A DNA stretch of 64,000 bases, taken from assembly GCA_024635455.1 (NCBI GenBank), contig JAGXIU010000003.1, forward strand, positions 133,772 to 197,771, written 5' to 3'. Below the pieces are notes generated by a model. It had not been told where the DNA came from and searched no databases. It was given only the letters and a program-made list of their open reading frames with translations. The translations under genes and the position numbers were made by a program. This DNA comes from Candidatus Saccharimonadota bacterium. Its GTDB lineage: Bacteria > Patescibacteriota > Saccharimonadia > Saccharimonadales > SLHW01. This document shows positions 49,052-58,943 of the stretch, one piece after another. The stretch's first letter is position 1, and every line of letters starts with the position of its first letter.

Positions 49052-49645
49052 ATGAGTAAATCGAAAAAAACAACCATCGATAAAAAAGCACAATCATATA
49101 AAGATTGGTTGCAGAATAGTGTTATTCGAGTCGGTCGAGTTCATTTTGTATTGGTAATGATATACGTAGCAGCCATTATTCTCTACGATGCATTTGGTTT
49201 AATTACTGATGATATCTTACTGCAGCGCTGGATAATGGCGAGCGCAACGCTGACAGTTAGCGCGGTACTATGGTACCTAGCGCGTAACCGTAGTAGCCAT
49301 AGCAGATTTTATGTAAGTCTTGTATGGAGCTTCATCCTTCTTGATATCGTCTTCGCCAGTTTTAACGTATATACACAACGAGGTATGGCTTCACGGGCAG
49401 TTTTCTTATACGCGGTGCCCATAATAATATCTTCCCTACTCCTAAGTAGGGCTGCTATATACATGAGTGCTACGTTGGCGGCCGCCGCATATTCTTTGAC
49501 GGCTGTGTGGTATTACGTAGCAAATCCCAGTGAAGGCTATCGCATAGAGCTGTACGGTGAAGTTGGGTTCTACAGTGCCTTATTTTTCGTTCTAGCCACG
49601 TTACTTTGGGATACTATACGGTCAAAAAACGCCGATAGCAGCTAG
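49052..49645 (+). CDS. hypothetical integral membrane protein
   Basis: About 5-6 TM helices. Confidence 0.75.
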   Translation: MSKSKKTTIDKKAQSYKDWLQNSVIRVGRVHFVLVMIYVAAIILYDAFGLITDDILLQRWIMASATLTVSAVLWYLARNRSSHSRFYVSLVWSFILLDIVFASFNVYTQRGMASRAVFLYAVPIIISSLLLSRAAIYMSATLAAAAYSLTAVWYYVANPSEGYRIELYGEVGFYSALFFVLATLLWDTIRSKNADSS

Positions 49646-49712
49646 AAAAACATACAATAATTGATTATTGTAAATAAGTGTAATACTACGTATAGTAAGT
49701 TTAAAGGGCATC

Positions 49713-50648
49713 ATGGCGAAAAAGCAGCAAAAAAACACAGCCGATTACATCAGGCCTCTGAATATGAACGGTCTAAATGGTCGTGTCTTGGACCTGCCTG
49801 CAACAAAAAAATCAAAGCAACAAATTCTTCTGGTATATGGACACCACGCTAGTATTGAACGTATGTTTGGTCTCGCTGAGGAGTTAAATCGTTACGGAGC
49901 AGTAACTCTTCCAGATCTACCTGGTTTTGGTGGTATGGACAGCTTTTACCGTATTAATGATGAGCCGACACTCGATCGCTTAGCTGATTATTTAGCAACT
50001 TTTGTAAAAATGCGTTACAAAAACAGACGGATTACGATTATCGGTATGTCATTTGGATTCTTAGTTATTGCACGCATGCTTCAACGTTATCCGGATATTG
50101 CAAAAAAGACTAATAACGTAGTCAGCATTGCTGGATTTGTTCATCATGAGGACTTTAAAATGGGATTCGGGCAAAAGTTTTTCTTTAAGGCTATCGCAAA
50201 GTTTTTTACGTATAAATCAACAGCTCTTTTCGCTCGATATGCCTTACTGAATCGGCCGATGATTCAGCTTGCGTACTGGGCGGCAGGAGATAACAACGTC
50301 AAAATGAGAAACTCCAGTATTAAAGAACGTAGGAAACGAGTACGATTTGAGGTAAAACTCTGGCAATGCAACGATGTCCGTACATATTGCGCAACTGGAA
50401 GTACGATGCTTAAAGTAAACTTATTCCAACACAAAGGCACAACCGACGCAGACGTGACACATATAAGAGTGGCAGAAGATCGTTATTTTGATAATCACGT
50501 GGTTGAGCAGCATCTAGGCGTCATATTTAGAAATGTTCGCTGCATCGATACTTTGCTGATAGGCCATGCGCCTACCGTTATTGCAACCGCAAAAGAGGCA
50601 GCCCCCTACATCCCAAAGCAGCTACGGACTATTCTGAAGACTGGCTAA
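49713..50648 (+). CDS. alpha/beta hydrolase
   Basis: PDLPGFG, IGMSFG elbow, C-terminal GH. Confidence 0.82.
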   Translation: MAKKQQKNTADYIRPLNMNGLNGRVLDLPATKKSKQQILLVYGHHASIERMFGLAEELNRYGAVTLPDLPGFGGMDSFYRINDEPTLDRLADYLATFVKMRYKNRRITIIGMSFGFLVIARMLQRYPDIAKKTNNVVSIAGFVHHEDFKMGFGQKFFFKAIAKFFTYKSTALFARYALLNRPMIQLAYWAAGDNNVKMRNSSIKERRKRVRFEVKLWQCNDVRTYCATGSTMLKVNLFQHKGTTDADVTHIRVAEDRYFDNHVVEQHLGVIFRNVRCIDTLLIGHAPTVIATAKEAAPYIPKQLRTILKTG

Positions 50649-50688
50649 ACCTGCTCGGCTGATGATTATTGCTGGTATAATGTAGTAA

Positions 50689-51837
50689 ATGAAGATTGGA
50701 CTAGTATGCCCATATAATGTATTTGCTGGTGGTGGCGTCCAGGAATGCGTGTTTGCGATTCAGCAGGAGCTGGTTCGTCGTGGACATATTGTACATATAA
50801 TCACACCTAAACCCAGAGGTAGCAGTAGCAAGCAATCACCAGACGGAGTTCTTTTTGTTGGTGGCGCTACCAAAGTTAAGTCTTTTCATACGACTTCGCA
50901 AATATCAGCGAGTGCCGATAGCGAGGTTATCGATACCGTGCTACAAGAGCATAATTTCGATATACTGCATTTCCACGAACCATGGGTGCCGTTCGTAAGT
51001 CGACAAATTCTTTCACGCTCTGACACCTGTAATATCGCAACCTTCCACGCAAAACTTCCCGAGAATCGCATGAATAGAACGATAGAAAAAGTCATCACGC
51101 CGTATACAAAGTCAATAATCAAGTACCTTCACCAGTTGACAGCTGTCTCCTCAGCTGCGAGTGATTATATCGCTAGCCTGACAGACAGAGATATAGCAAT
51201 TATCCCCAACGGCATAGACTTACAGAAATATAAATCCGTTGCAAAAAAACCAAAGAAAACGTCAAAGGCAAAAACAATTGTATTTATTGGTAGGCTTGAG
51301 AGAAGAAAAGGCGTCATGTATCTTATCCGAGCTTTTGAAGAGCTATCTAAGATAGATCATGCTGTCGAGTTGCATATTGCGGGTGCAGGCCCTGATGAAA
51401 AGCGACTCCGCTCATACATTGACGAAATGGCTATTGAGCGAGTCACTTTCTATGGCTATGTAAGCGAAGAGAAGAAAATTAGTTTGATGCGCAATGCGAC
51501 CGTACTCTGCTCTCCGGCATTATATGGAGAGAGCTTTGGCATCGTATTATTGGAAGCTATGGCCCTAGGGGTCCCTATAGTAGCTGGAGATAACCCAGGT
51601 TACCGTTCAGTTATGCAGCAACGCGGGAGTTTGTCTATCGTTAATCCGAAAGATACTGCATCTTTCATTCGACGTTTACAACTATTTTTAGAAGATGAAG
51701 CGATTCGTACTGCGTGGATACAGTGGGCGGATAAATACGTCGAGCAATTTTCTTATAAACATGTCGTTGATTCCTACGAAGATTTGTATAAACGCTCATT
51801 TAGCGAATATAGCTACCGTAAATCGATATCAGACTAG
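50689..51837 (+). CDS. GT4 glycosyltransferase (PimA-like)
   Basis: MKIGLVCPY..GGVQ, HFHEP, IGRLERRKG, GESFGIVLLEAMA. Confidence 0.9.
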   Translation: MKIGLVCPYNVFAGGGVQECVFAIQQELVRRGHIVHIITPKPRGSSSKQSPDGVLFVGGATKVKSFHTTSQISASADSEVIDTVLQEHNFDILHFHEPWVPFVSRQILSRSDTCNIATFHAKLPENRMNRTIEKVITPYTKSIIKYLHQLTAVSSAASDYIASLTDRDIAIIPNGIDLQKYKSVAKKPKKTSKAKTIVFIGRLERRKGVMYLIRAFEELSKIDHAVELHIAGAGPDEKRLRSYIDEMAIERVTFYGYVSEEKKISLMRNATVLCSPALYGESFGIVLLEAMALGVPIVAGDNPGYRSVMQQRGSLSIVNPKDTASFIRRLQLFLEDEAIRTAWIQWADKYVEQFSYKHVVDSYEDLYKRSFSEYSYRKSISD

Positions 51838-51845
51838 ATGGCACT

Positions 51846-52964
51846 ATGAAGATAGCCTTTGTATTCGATGACAGTCTAGATTATCCAGATGGCGTACAGC
51901 AGTATATGTTGACGCTAGGACGGTGGTATAAGAAGGAAGGTCATGAAGTTCATTATATTGTCAGTACAACCAAACGAACTGATTTAGAAAATGTTCATAA
52001 CTTAGTCCGAAATGTCGGCGTATCCTTTAACGGGAATCATCTACGGACACCATTAATTGCACGGAAGAGACAGATTAAAAAATTATTTAGGAAGCATACC
52101 TTTGATGTACTACACGTTCAAATGCCGTATAGCCCACTGTTCGTTAGCCGTGTTATTGCATATGCACCCTCAACTACAAAAATTGTCGGGACTTTTCACA
52201 TAGCTCCATACGGTAAGATGACCCAAATACTAGCTACACTCCATAAGCTAACAATCAGGAAAACTCTAAAAAAATTCGATAGTATCTGTAGCGTATCAAA
52301 AGCGGCACAAACATTCGCTCGCGATACGTTTGGGCTTACATCACAAATAATCCCGAATGCGGTTACGCTGAATCATTTCAAGCAGCCAATACGGGCGTAT
52401 AGCCATCACGAAGAAACTGTTACTATCGCCTTTCTAGGGCGCCTGGTTGAGAGAAAGGGCTGTATATGGCTGCTCAGGGCAATTAACGAACTTATCGAGC
52501 AGGACAGGCGTTTTACGGGTAGTATAAAGGTCAAAATAGGTGGCTCTGGTGCACAAGCAGCACAACTACAGGACTATGTGATGCAAAATGACTTAGCTAA
52601 TATTGTTGAATTTGTAGGTTTCGTCCCTGAGAATGAAAAGCCTTCATTCTTAGCTAGTGCTGACATTGCGGTGTTCCCAAGTCTAGGTGGAGAAAGTTTT
52701 GGGATTATATTAGTGGAAGCAATGGCGACAGGTCAATCAGTAGTGTTAGCAGGAGATAACCCTGGATATAATAAGGTTATGGAGGGGAGCGAGCATAATA
52801 TCTTTAACCCAAAAAATATTGAGTCGCTAACTGCATTACTCAAGCGTTATATTGATGGCCCAAAGAAACGTCAAGATCGTATCGCATGGCAGCTAAACAT
52901 TATTAAGCAGTATGATGTGGAAGTTGTCGGCAAAAGGCTGTTGCAGCTGTATGCAAAGAGATAA
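51846..52964 (+). CDS. GT4 glycosyltransferase (PimA-like)
   Basis: DGVQ, LGRLVERKG, GESFGIILVEAMA. Confidence 0.9.
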   Translation: MKIAFVFDDSLDYPDGVQQYMLTLGRWYKKEGHEVHYIVSTTKRTDLENVHNLVRNVGVSFNGNHLRTPLIARKRQIKKLFRKHTFDVLHVQMPYSPLFVSRVIAYAPSTTKIVGTFHIAPYGKMTQILATLHKLTIRKTLKKFDSICSVSKAAQTFARDTFGLTSQIIPNAVTLNHFKQPIRAYSHHEETVTIAFLGRLVERKGCIWLLRAINELIEQDRRFTGSIKVKIGGSGAQAAQLQDYVMQNDLANIVEFVGFVPENEKPSFLASADIAVFPSLGGESFGIILVEAMATGQSVVLAGDNPGYNKVMEGSEHNIFNPKNIESLTALLKRYIDGPKKRQDRIAWQLNIIKQYDVEVVGKRLLQLYAKR

Positions 52965-52969
52965 TATTA

Positions 52970-54376
52970 CTAGACTCGATACCAAACCTGGCCAGCTGCA
53001 GTATCTTTTAGGCCGATACCCTGCTCTACTAATTCATCGCGTATAGTATCGGACTTCGCCCAATCTTTATCAGCTCGGGCCTGTTTTCTTTGCTCTACCC
53101 GTTCTTTTTGTGCTTTGCTTATATCTACGCTTCTGAGTAGGCCAAGTCCTAGCATTCCGTCAATTGCTTCAATGAACGCTTTGAATGCATTCTCTTCGCT
53201 ACTATGTGTTTCTGTGACGTCATCAACAACCGTATCTAGTTTGCTTAATTCGGCAAGAGCCTCGGGAGTGTTTAGGTCGTCTTGTAAACGAAGGCTTACA
53301 TTATGGCTTATACCTTCTAGTACTGAAGAATCTATGTACCGTGCAATAGGCTGAAATCGTAAGTCTGCCATAGCCTGAAGTGTCTTTCGGCGCGCACGTG
53401 CTGCTTCGAGTGCCTCCCACGTAAAGTTAGCTTGGGTTCTATAATGACTTTGCAACGCGAATAGGCGGAAATCGAAGGGGCTAAAACCGCGCTTCTCGAC
53501 GTCATGTAATGTGAAGCTGTTTCCGAGGGATTTACTGAGCTTTGTTCCGTCGACTGTTAAGAAATTACTGTGTAACCATATTTGAGAAAACTGTTTATCG
53601 GTTGCAGATTCACTCTGTGCTATTTCATTGGTGTGGTGGATTGGAATATGGTCAATCCCACCGGCGTGCACATCAATAGTTTCACCAAGATGTTTCATAG
53701 CCAAAGCGCTACACTCAATGTGCCAGCCGGGGAAGCCGACTCCCCATGGACTGTCCCATTCCATATCACGTTTAACATCTACTGGGCTGAATTTCCATAG
53801 CGCGAAATCAGTAACATTTCTTTTCTGGTCATTATAAGCAACCCGTGCGCCAGCCTGGAGATTTTCAATATCAATATTGCCAAGCTTTCCATAGTCTTCA
53901 TATGTAGCTGTATCGAAGTAAACGCCGTCATCAATCGTGTAGGTATGACCTTTTTTCTCGAGTGTTTTGATTAAGTCGATCTGCTCATTGATAGCTTCAG
54001 TAGCTTTTGGCAAATTTGTACGATTTATTTGTATATCGAGCGCGTCAAGCCCTTCCATGAAGTCTTGCGTATAATAATCAGCTATTTCCCAAGCTGACTT
54101 GCCTTCTCGCTTCGCGCCTTTTTCTAGTTTGTCTTCGCCATCATCGGCATCACTAACTAAATGGCCAACGTCAGTAATATTCATGACCCATCTCGTTTTG
54201 AACCCAGAAGTACGAAGCGTACGGTACAGCACATCCCAACGTATAAATGCGAGCCAATTACCAATGTGTGGATAATCATATACGGTTGGCCCGCAAGAGT
54301 AAAAACTAACTACATCCGCCTTGATTGGCTTCAGTGTCTCTTTTTGCTTACTCATAGTGTTATATAGCTTAATCAT
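52970..54376 (-). CDS. cysS: cysteinyl-tRNA synthetase (true start likely 54376)
   Basis: MIKLYNT, CGPTVY..HIGN, PGWHIEC, KLSKS. Confidence 0.96.
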   Translation of the reverse strand: MIKLYNTMSKQKETLKPIKADVVSFYSCGPTVYDYPHIGNWLAFIRWDVLYRTLRTSGFKTRWVMNITDVGHLVSDADDGEDKLEKGAKREGKSAWEIADYYTQDFMEGLDALDIQINRTNLPKATEAINEQIDLIKTLEKKGHTYTIDDGVYFDTATYEDYGKLGNIDIENLQAGARVAYNDQKRNVTDFALWKFSPVDVKRDMEWDSPWGVGFPGWHIECSALAMKHLGETIDVHAGGIDHIPIHHTNEIAQSESATDKQFSQIWLHSNFLTVDGTKLSKSLGNSFTLHDVEKRGFSPFDFRLFALQSHYRTQANFTWEALEAARARRKTLQAMADLRFQPIARYIDSSVLEGISHNVSLRLQDDLNTPEALAELSKLDTVVDDVTETHSSEENAFKAFIEAIDGMLGLGLLRSVDISKAQKERVEQRKQARADKDWAKSDTIRDELVEQGIGLKDTAAGQVWYRV

Positions 54377-55376
54377 CAATGACCTCGAGTAGTGCGTCGG
54401 TCTTACTAGCGATATCACTGAGTAGCTTATCCAGCGGAATGCTATCCTGGAGTTTAAAGCCAGCTGCGAAAGGGTGACCGCCACCGCCAAAGTACGTCGC
54501 CAGCTCACCAGCAACCTTGTAGCCAGCGTTTGATCGAATTGCTGCGGTAGTTTTACCGTCATCATATCGCTTTAGTACTATCGCTACTGCAACGTTTTCT
54601 ACCTGCAATATATCTGCTTGGATAAGTGGGCCTGGATTATACAGTGGACTGTAGTCTTCTATCTCATTTTGTGGAATCACGACAATTGCTAATTTATTTT
54701 CAAGGAAAAATTTCGTCCGCTTGATAAGGTCTGCTTTGTAGGTGTAGATGATTTCTGGCATTTTACTGTATTCTCTGCGTCTATTTTCGAGCTGAGGACG
54801 ATCAACGCCAACTTCAATCAATTCTGCCATAACTCTATAGGTATCAGGTCCAGCTAACTCGTTGCTGAGGCCCTGTGTATCGCCAAGTATTGCGGTCATA
54901 ATAGGCTCAGCTGCGTCTGGCGTTATTTTCCAATTCAGTGCCTTAGCAATACCGTATATCACTTCACCAGCTGAGGACTTCGTTGCATCGTTGATAATTA
55001 CTTCTGCAAAGTCTATTTCCTGCTCTACTTCACCGTGATGGTCTATGACAATGCATGGAGATTTTTGTAGTTTTTTATAGCGTTGATCAGTATTAATCTT
55101 TTCAAGCAGGGTGAGTGTCGATACGTCAACAAAAATACTTGCATCAAATTTATCTGGAAGTTGGCTCTCTACCCGATCCCAGCCTTTTAGATATCGTAAG
55201 TATGTCGGTATAGTGACACCACAATAGAGGTGTGGCGTTTTTCCCATTTGGTGGAGTAGTTCTTCGAGCGCTAATGCGCTGCCAATACTATCACCGTCTG
55301 GATTATCTGCTTGAACGATAACGATACTTTGCGCATCACGAATAATAGATTCAATTTTTTGTAGTTCTTCGTTCAT
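54369..55376 (-). CDS. nrnA: DHH/DHHA1 phosphoesterase (NrnA-like)
   Basis: PDGD, IDHH, GDT, GGGGH..AAG. Confidence 0.85.
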   Translation of the reverse strand: MNEELQKIESIIRDAQSIVIVQADNPDGDSIGSALALEELLHQMGKTPHLYCGVTIPTYLRYLKGWDRVESQLPDKFDASIFVDVSTLTLLEKINTDQRYKKLQKSPCIVIDHHGEVEQEIDFAEVIINDATKSSAGEVIYGIAKALNWKITPDAAEPIMTAILGDTQGLSNELAGPDTYRVMAELIEVGVDRPQLENRRREYSKMPEIIYTYKADLIKRTKFFLENKLAIVVIPQNEIEDYSPLYNPGPLIQADILQVENVAVAIVLKRYDDGKTTAAIRSNAGYKVAGELATYFGGGGHPFAAGFKLQDSIPLDKLLSDIASKTDALLEVIDD

Positions 55377-55978
55377 AAGTTTGTTCTTCCGGCTAATGCA
55401 CGCCCCAAAGTAATTTGATCAGCATAGTCGATGTCTGTGCCAACTGGTAAACCTTGAGCTAATCTAGTTATTTTGACTGTATCAGCGTCGAGATGTTTTT
55501 GGATATATAGTGCAGTCGACTCACCTTCAACACTGGCGTTAGTAGCAAGAATGACCTCAGCAACGTTATCTTCGTCAATTCGAGTTAGCAATTCTGGGAT
55601 GTGCAGGTCGTCTGGGCCGAGCCCATCGATCGGCGATAGTAGCCCACCAAGCACATGATACGTGCCAGTATATTGGCCGGTCTTTTCCAGAGCTATTATA
55701 TCGAAAGGATCAGCTACAACTGCAACCAACGATTTATCTCGGGATTCATCACTATACAATGGACTAATGTCTGTACCTTTTTCTACGAGTGCATATGTCT
55801 TGGAGCAATACCCAACCCCGTCGTGTAAGCCACTCAGTGCAGCTGAAAGCTTATCGGCATTTGATGGATCGCTTCTTAGTAAATAATATGCGTACCTTTC
55901 TGCACTTTTTGGGCCAACACCAGGCAATACGCTAAGCGCCTCGATTAAAGATTGAAGTGATTTGGGCACCAGCTGCAT
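55373..55978 (-). CDS. recR: recombination mediator RecR
   Basis: LPGVGPKSAER, YHVLGG, ILATN.SVEGESTA, RLAQGLPVG. Confidence 0.95.
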   Translation of the reverse strand: MQLVPKSLQSLIEALSVLPGVGPKSAERYAYYLLRSDPSNADKLSAALSGLHDGVGYCSKTYALVEKGTDISPLYSDESRDKSLVAVVADPFDIIALEKTGQYTGTYHVLGGLLSPIDGLGPDDLHIPELLTRIDEDNVAEVILATNASVEGESTALYIQKHLDADTVKITRLAQGLPVGTDIDYADQITLGRALAGRTNL

Positions 55979-55986
55979 GGTATTTT

Positions 55987-56280
55987 CTATAACCCAAGGT
56001 TCCCAAGGCTACCCATCATAGGCTGCATTTTCTCAGATGCAACTTTTTGACTTTCACTTATAGCGTCTCGGACTGCATCTTCGAGCCATCGCTCAAGTTC
56101 TGTTACGTCATCGAAGTCTATCAGTTCAGGATCTAGGCTGATTTTTTTGATTTTTTGTTCACCAGTTATTTCTACATTTACTGCACCATCACCTTTTTCT
56201 ATGGTGATAATCATCTTTTTTAGTTCTTTTTGAACTTTCTTAACTTGCATCATCATTTTAGCTTGATCAAAACGACTCAT
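55987..56280 (-). CDS. ybaB: YbaB/EbfC nucleoid-associated protein
   Basis: Q..L, GAVNVEITG; position upstream of recR. Confidence 0.88.
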   Translation of the reverse strand: MSRFDQAKMMMQVKKVQKELKKMIITIEKGDGAVNVEITGEQKIKKISLDPELIDFDDVTELERWLEDAVRDAISESQKVASEKMQPMMGSLGNLGL

Positions 56281-56336
56281 ATATCCCTCACTTATCTATT
56301 ATTCATTATCTTAACGAGTAGAACTATTGTAGCAGA

Positions 56337-57554
56337 TTACTCTTCTCGTTGCTGGAACTCTGCTTGCACGGCTGGAGTCTTTGGCCAGACTTCAAAGTAA
56401 CGATGCATATTATATAGCACGCTAAAGCTAGATACCGAGATAATCATTGCAAGACCGATGAAGCGTGCAAACGGATTAATCGGGAACACAGTAAACCATT
56501 GCTGTAACAACAGTGCCAAGCCGCTGGCAGCTACTATATATATGAGCGGCAACAATACAAAGCTTGTTATATCGGCTGAAAATCCAGACAAGAGCACAAA
56601 AACAAGTAAGGATGAAAAGAGTACTTTGTTACGTTCTAGTTTTCGTTGAGTGAACGCAACATAGCTACCGAGCAAAAATAACACTGTAATAAATATATCT
56701 AGTACTGGAGCGACGCCTACCCACATTTTCGGATTATCTGGTCCACGAACAAATAAGTGGCTAATTGTATCAGCGATATTCTGTAGATATGTCCCTGGTG
56801 TCGGAAGCTGATTAGACAGTCCGAGCCACGGAAGTATATGATCGGTATTTATCAAGAACGCGAACACCAATAATCCTGTTATGAGCAATGCGAAACTAGC
56901 AATCACTGCTAATGGCAATACGCTGATGCCGCTGACGTATTGCATCAAACGTTTTCTCTGCCATAAAATCAAAAACAATATTAGCCAGACCCCACCAGGT
57001 ATATAGAGCAGCGAAACAAGGATTAATCCATATAAGGCGAGTTTCGTCCACGTATTATCGAGTTTCCGTACGTAAAGACCAGCAGCAATAGCGACTGGCA
57101 ATAATAAGTAAATGACTGACTGATTTGTGAGTCGAGATAGATGCAATAATCCCGCGCTAGTTGCGTAGAGAGATGTCGTAATAACCGATACACGTAAAGT
57201 GTGCCAGTGACGCACTATCAAAAATACAGCACCGACACTGAGCAAACCTATGAGCGACCCAACGCTTCGTAGTGCAAAAACGTTATCTAGGTTAAAAACT
57301 TGCAGTATATATAGGCTAATAAAGAATGGTAAGAACACCGGCCGCTGTGTGATCATTTCCCGCAAGCTGAATTCATTAGCAGAAATCTTTTGTAAATAAT
57401 CCGCTTCTGTCGAACTTATTCCGGGCGCAAGGCTGTCGAGTCGAAACCATAATACTGCAGCCACTACAGCTATTCCTAATAATGAATATAAAATAACTGG
57501 CCAAGCACTGACCAACGACGCAGGTATTTTTTGTAGTAATGTTCTTTGTTTCAT
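56337..57554 (-). CDS. multi-pass membrane protein (GT-C/ArnT-like, inferred)
   Basis: About 11 TM; RL..L.PG.S..EA loop; LR..G. Confidence 0.65.
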   Translation of the reverse strand: MKQRTLLQKIPASLVSAWPVILYSLLGIAVVAAVLWFRLDSLAPGISSTEADYLQKISANEFSLREMITQRPVFLPFFISLYILQVFNLDNVFALRSVGSLIGLLSVGAVFLIVRHWHTLRVSVITTSLYATSAGLLHLSRLTNQSVIYLLLPVAIAAGLYVRKLDNTWTKLALYGLILVSLLYIPGGVWLILFLILWQRKRLMQYVSGISVLPLAVIASFALLITGLLVFAFLINTDHILPWLGLSNQLPTPGTYLQNIADTISHLFVRGPDNPKMWVGVAPVLDIFITVLFLLGSYVAFTQRKLERNKVLFSSLLVFVLLSGFSADITSFVLLPLIYIVAASGLALLLQQWFTVFPINPFARFIGLAMIISVSSFSVLYNMHRYFEVWPKTPAVQAEFQQREE

Positions 57555-57572
57555 GCTTATTTAAAGTATACG

Positions 57573-58934
57573 CTATGACCCAAATGGCTCATCAGCTTGT
57601 CGTTTTTCTAGGCTACGAAATCGTTGTTTACGATCATCAAAATATAGCTCGACTGTACCAGTTGGGCCATTCCGATGCTTCTTAATAAGTATGTCTGTTA
57701 TATGCTTACGATCTGTTTCTGGATTGTAATAATCTTCACGATATATGAAAGCAACAACATCAGCGTCTTGCTCGATAGAACCTGATTCCCGTAAGTCAGC
57801 TAGTTGAGGAATCTGTGGGCTACGACTCTCAACTGATCTACTTAGTTGCGATAACGCCACCAGCGGAACGTTTAGCTCACGAGCGATCTGTTTCAAGCCT
57901 CGAGAAATTTCAGATATCTCCTGTACGCGATTTCCCTCGGAGTTAAAACGACTGCCGCCGCTCATTAACTGTAGGTAGTCTACGATAATTAAACCAAGTG
58001 GGCGTTGGTGAGCTTCGCGCCGAGCCTTTGTACGAAGGTCGCTTACCGTTATGCCAGGTGAATCATCAATAAAGATTTGAGCCTCACTTAGGCTACCCAT
58101 AGCATGACCAATTTTTTCAAAATCTTGGTCACTTAAGTTGCCAGTACGCAATGCCCATGCATCGACACCGGATTCTACAGCAAGCATTCTATCCACCAAT
58201 TGCTCTTTACTCATCTCGAGGCTAAACAGCAATACTGGCATATCTGATTGCACCGCAACGTTGTGGGCAATATTCAACGATAGCGCAGTCTTCCCCATAG
58301 ACGGACGAGCGGCCAATACGAATAAGTCCGATCGTTGCAGACCAGCTAGTATATTATCAAGATCTTTGAAGCCCGTCGGAACTCCACGTATCTTCCCTTT
58401 GTCTTTATGTAGATCATCGAGCCGCTCAAAGCTATCACTAAGTATATCTTCAAGGCTGGTAATGTCTTGTTTGATATGTTGTTGACTAACATTAAATAAA
58501 CGAGTTTCAGCATCTTCAATTAACTGTTGTAAACCGCTTTCTTCGTTGTAACCGAGGCTCGTAATATCCTGGGATGCCTTTATAAGACGTCGGCGGAGTG
58601 CCTTTTGAGCGACAATATCAGCGTACTGCTCGACATGTGCTGCGGTTGGAACAAAGTTCGTGAGCTCGCTTAGATATTTTGGGCCACCAGCCACTTCGAT
58701 GAAGCCACTTGATCGCAACTGATCAGCCAAGGTTAATACATCAATAGGGCTGTGTTTCTCGTACAGCTGCTGTACTGCTTCAAAAATCCTTTGGTGTTTT
58801 TCTTCATAAAAGTCTGCTGGCGTAACGTTATCAGCTATTTTTACGATTGCATCGCTATCAATTAGTACTGCGCCGAGCAATGATGCTTCGGCTTCGCTAT
58901 TGTGCGGTGGTATTTTTGATACGTTGTTGTCCAT
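57573..58934 (-). CDS. dnaB: replicative DNA helicase
   Basis: AARPSMGKT, FSLEMS, DYLQLM, QLSR, DLRESGSIEQDAD, KHRNGP. Confidence 0.98.
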   Translation of the reverse strand: MDNNVSKIPPHNSEAEASLLGAVLIDSDAIVKIADNVTPADFYEEKHQRIFEAVQQLYEKHSPIDVLTLADQLRSSGFIEVAGGPKYLSELTNFVPTAAHVEQYADIVAQKALRRRLIKASQDITSLGYNEESGLQQLIEDAETRLFNVSQQHIKQDITSLEDILSDSFERLDDLHKDKGKIRGVPTGFKDLDNILAGLQRSDLFVLAARPSMGKTALSLNIAHNVAVQSDMPVLLFSLEMSKEQLVDRMLAVESGVDAWALRTGNLSDQDFEKIGHAMGSLSEAQIFIDDSPGITVSDLRTKARREAHQRPLGLIIVDYLQLMSGGSRFNSEGNRVQEISEISRGLKQIARELNVPLVALSQLSRSVESRSPQIPQLADLRESGSIEQDADVVAFIYREDYYNPETDRKHITDILIKKHRNGPTGTVELYFDDRKQRFRSLEKRQADEPFGS

Positions 58935-58943
58935 AAATCTTTA

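Noticed and set aside
54377-54565. N-terminal extension of cysS in the ORF track
   Set aside because: It overlaps nrnA; the canonical start MIKLYNT is at 54376.
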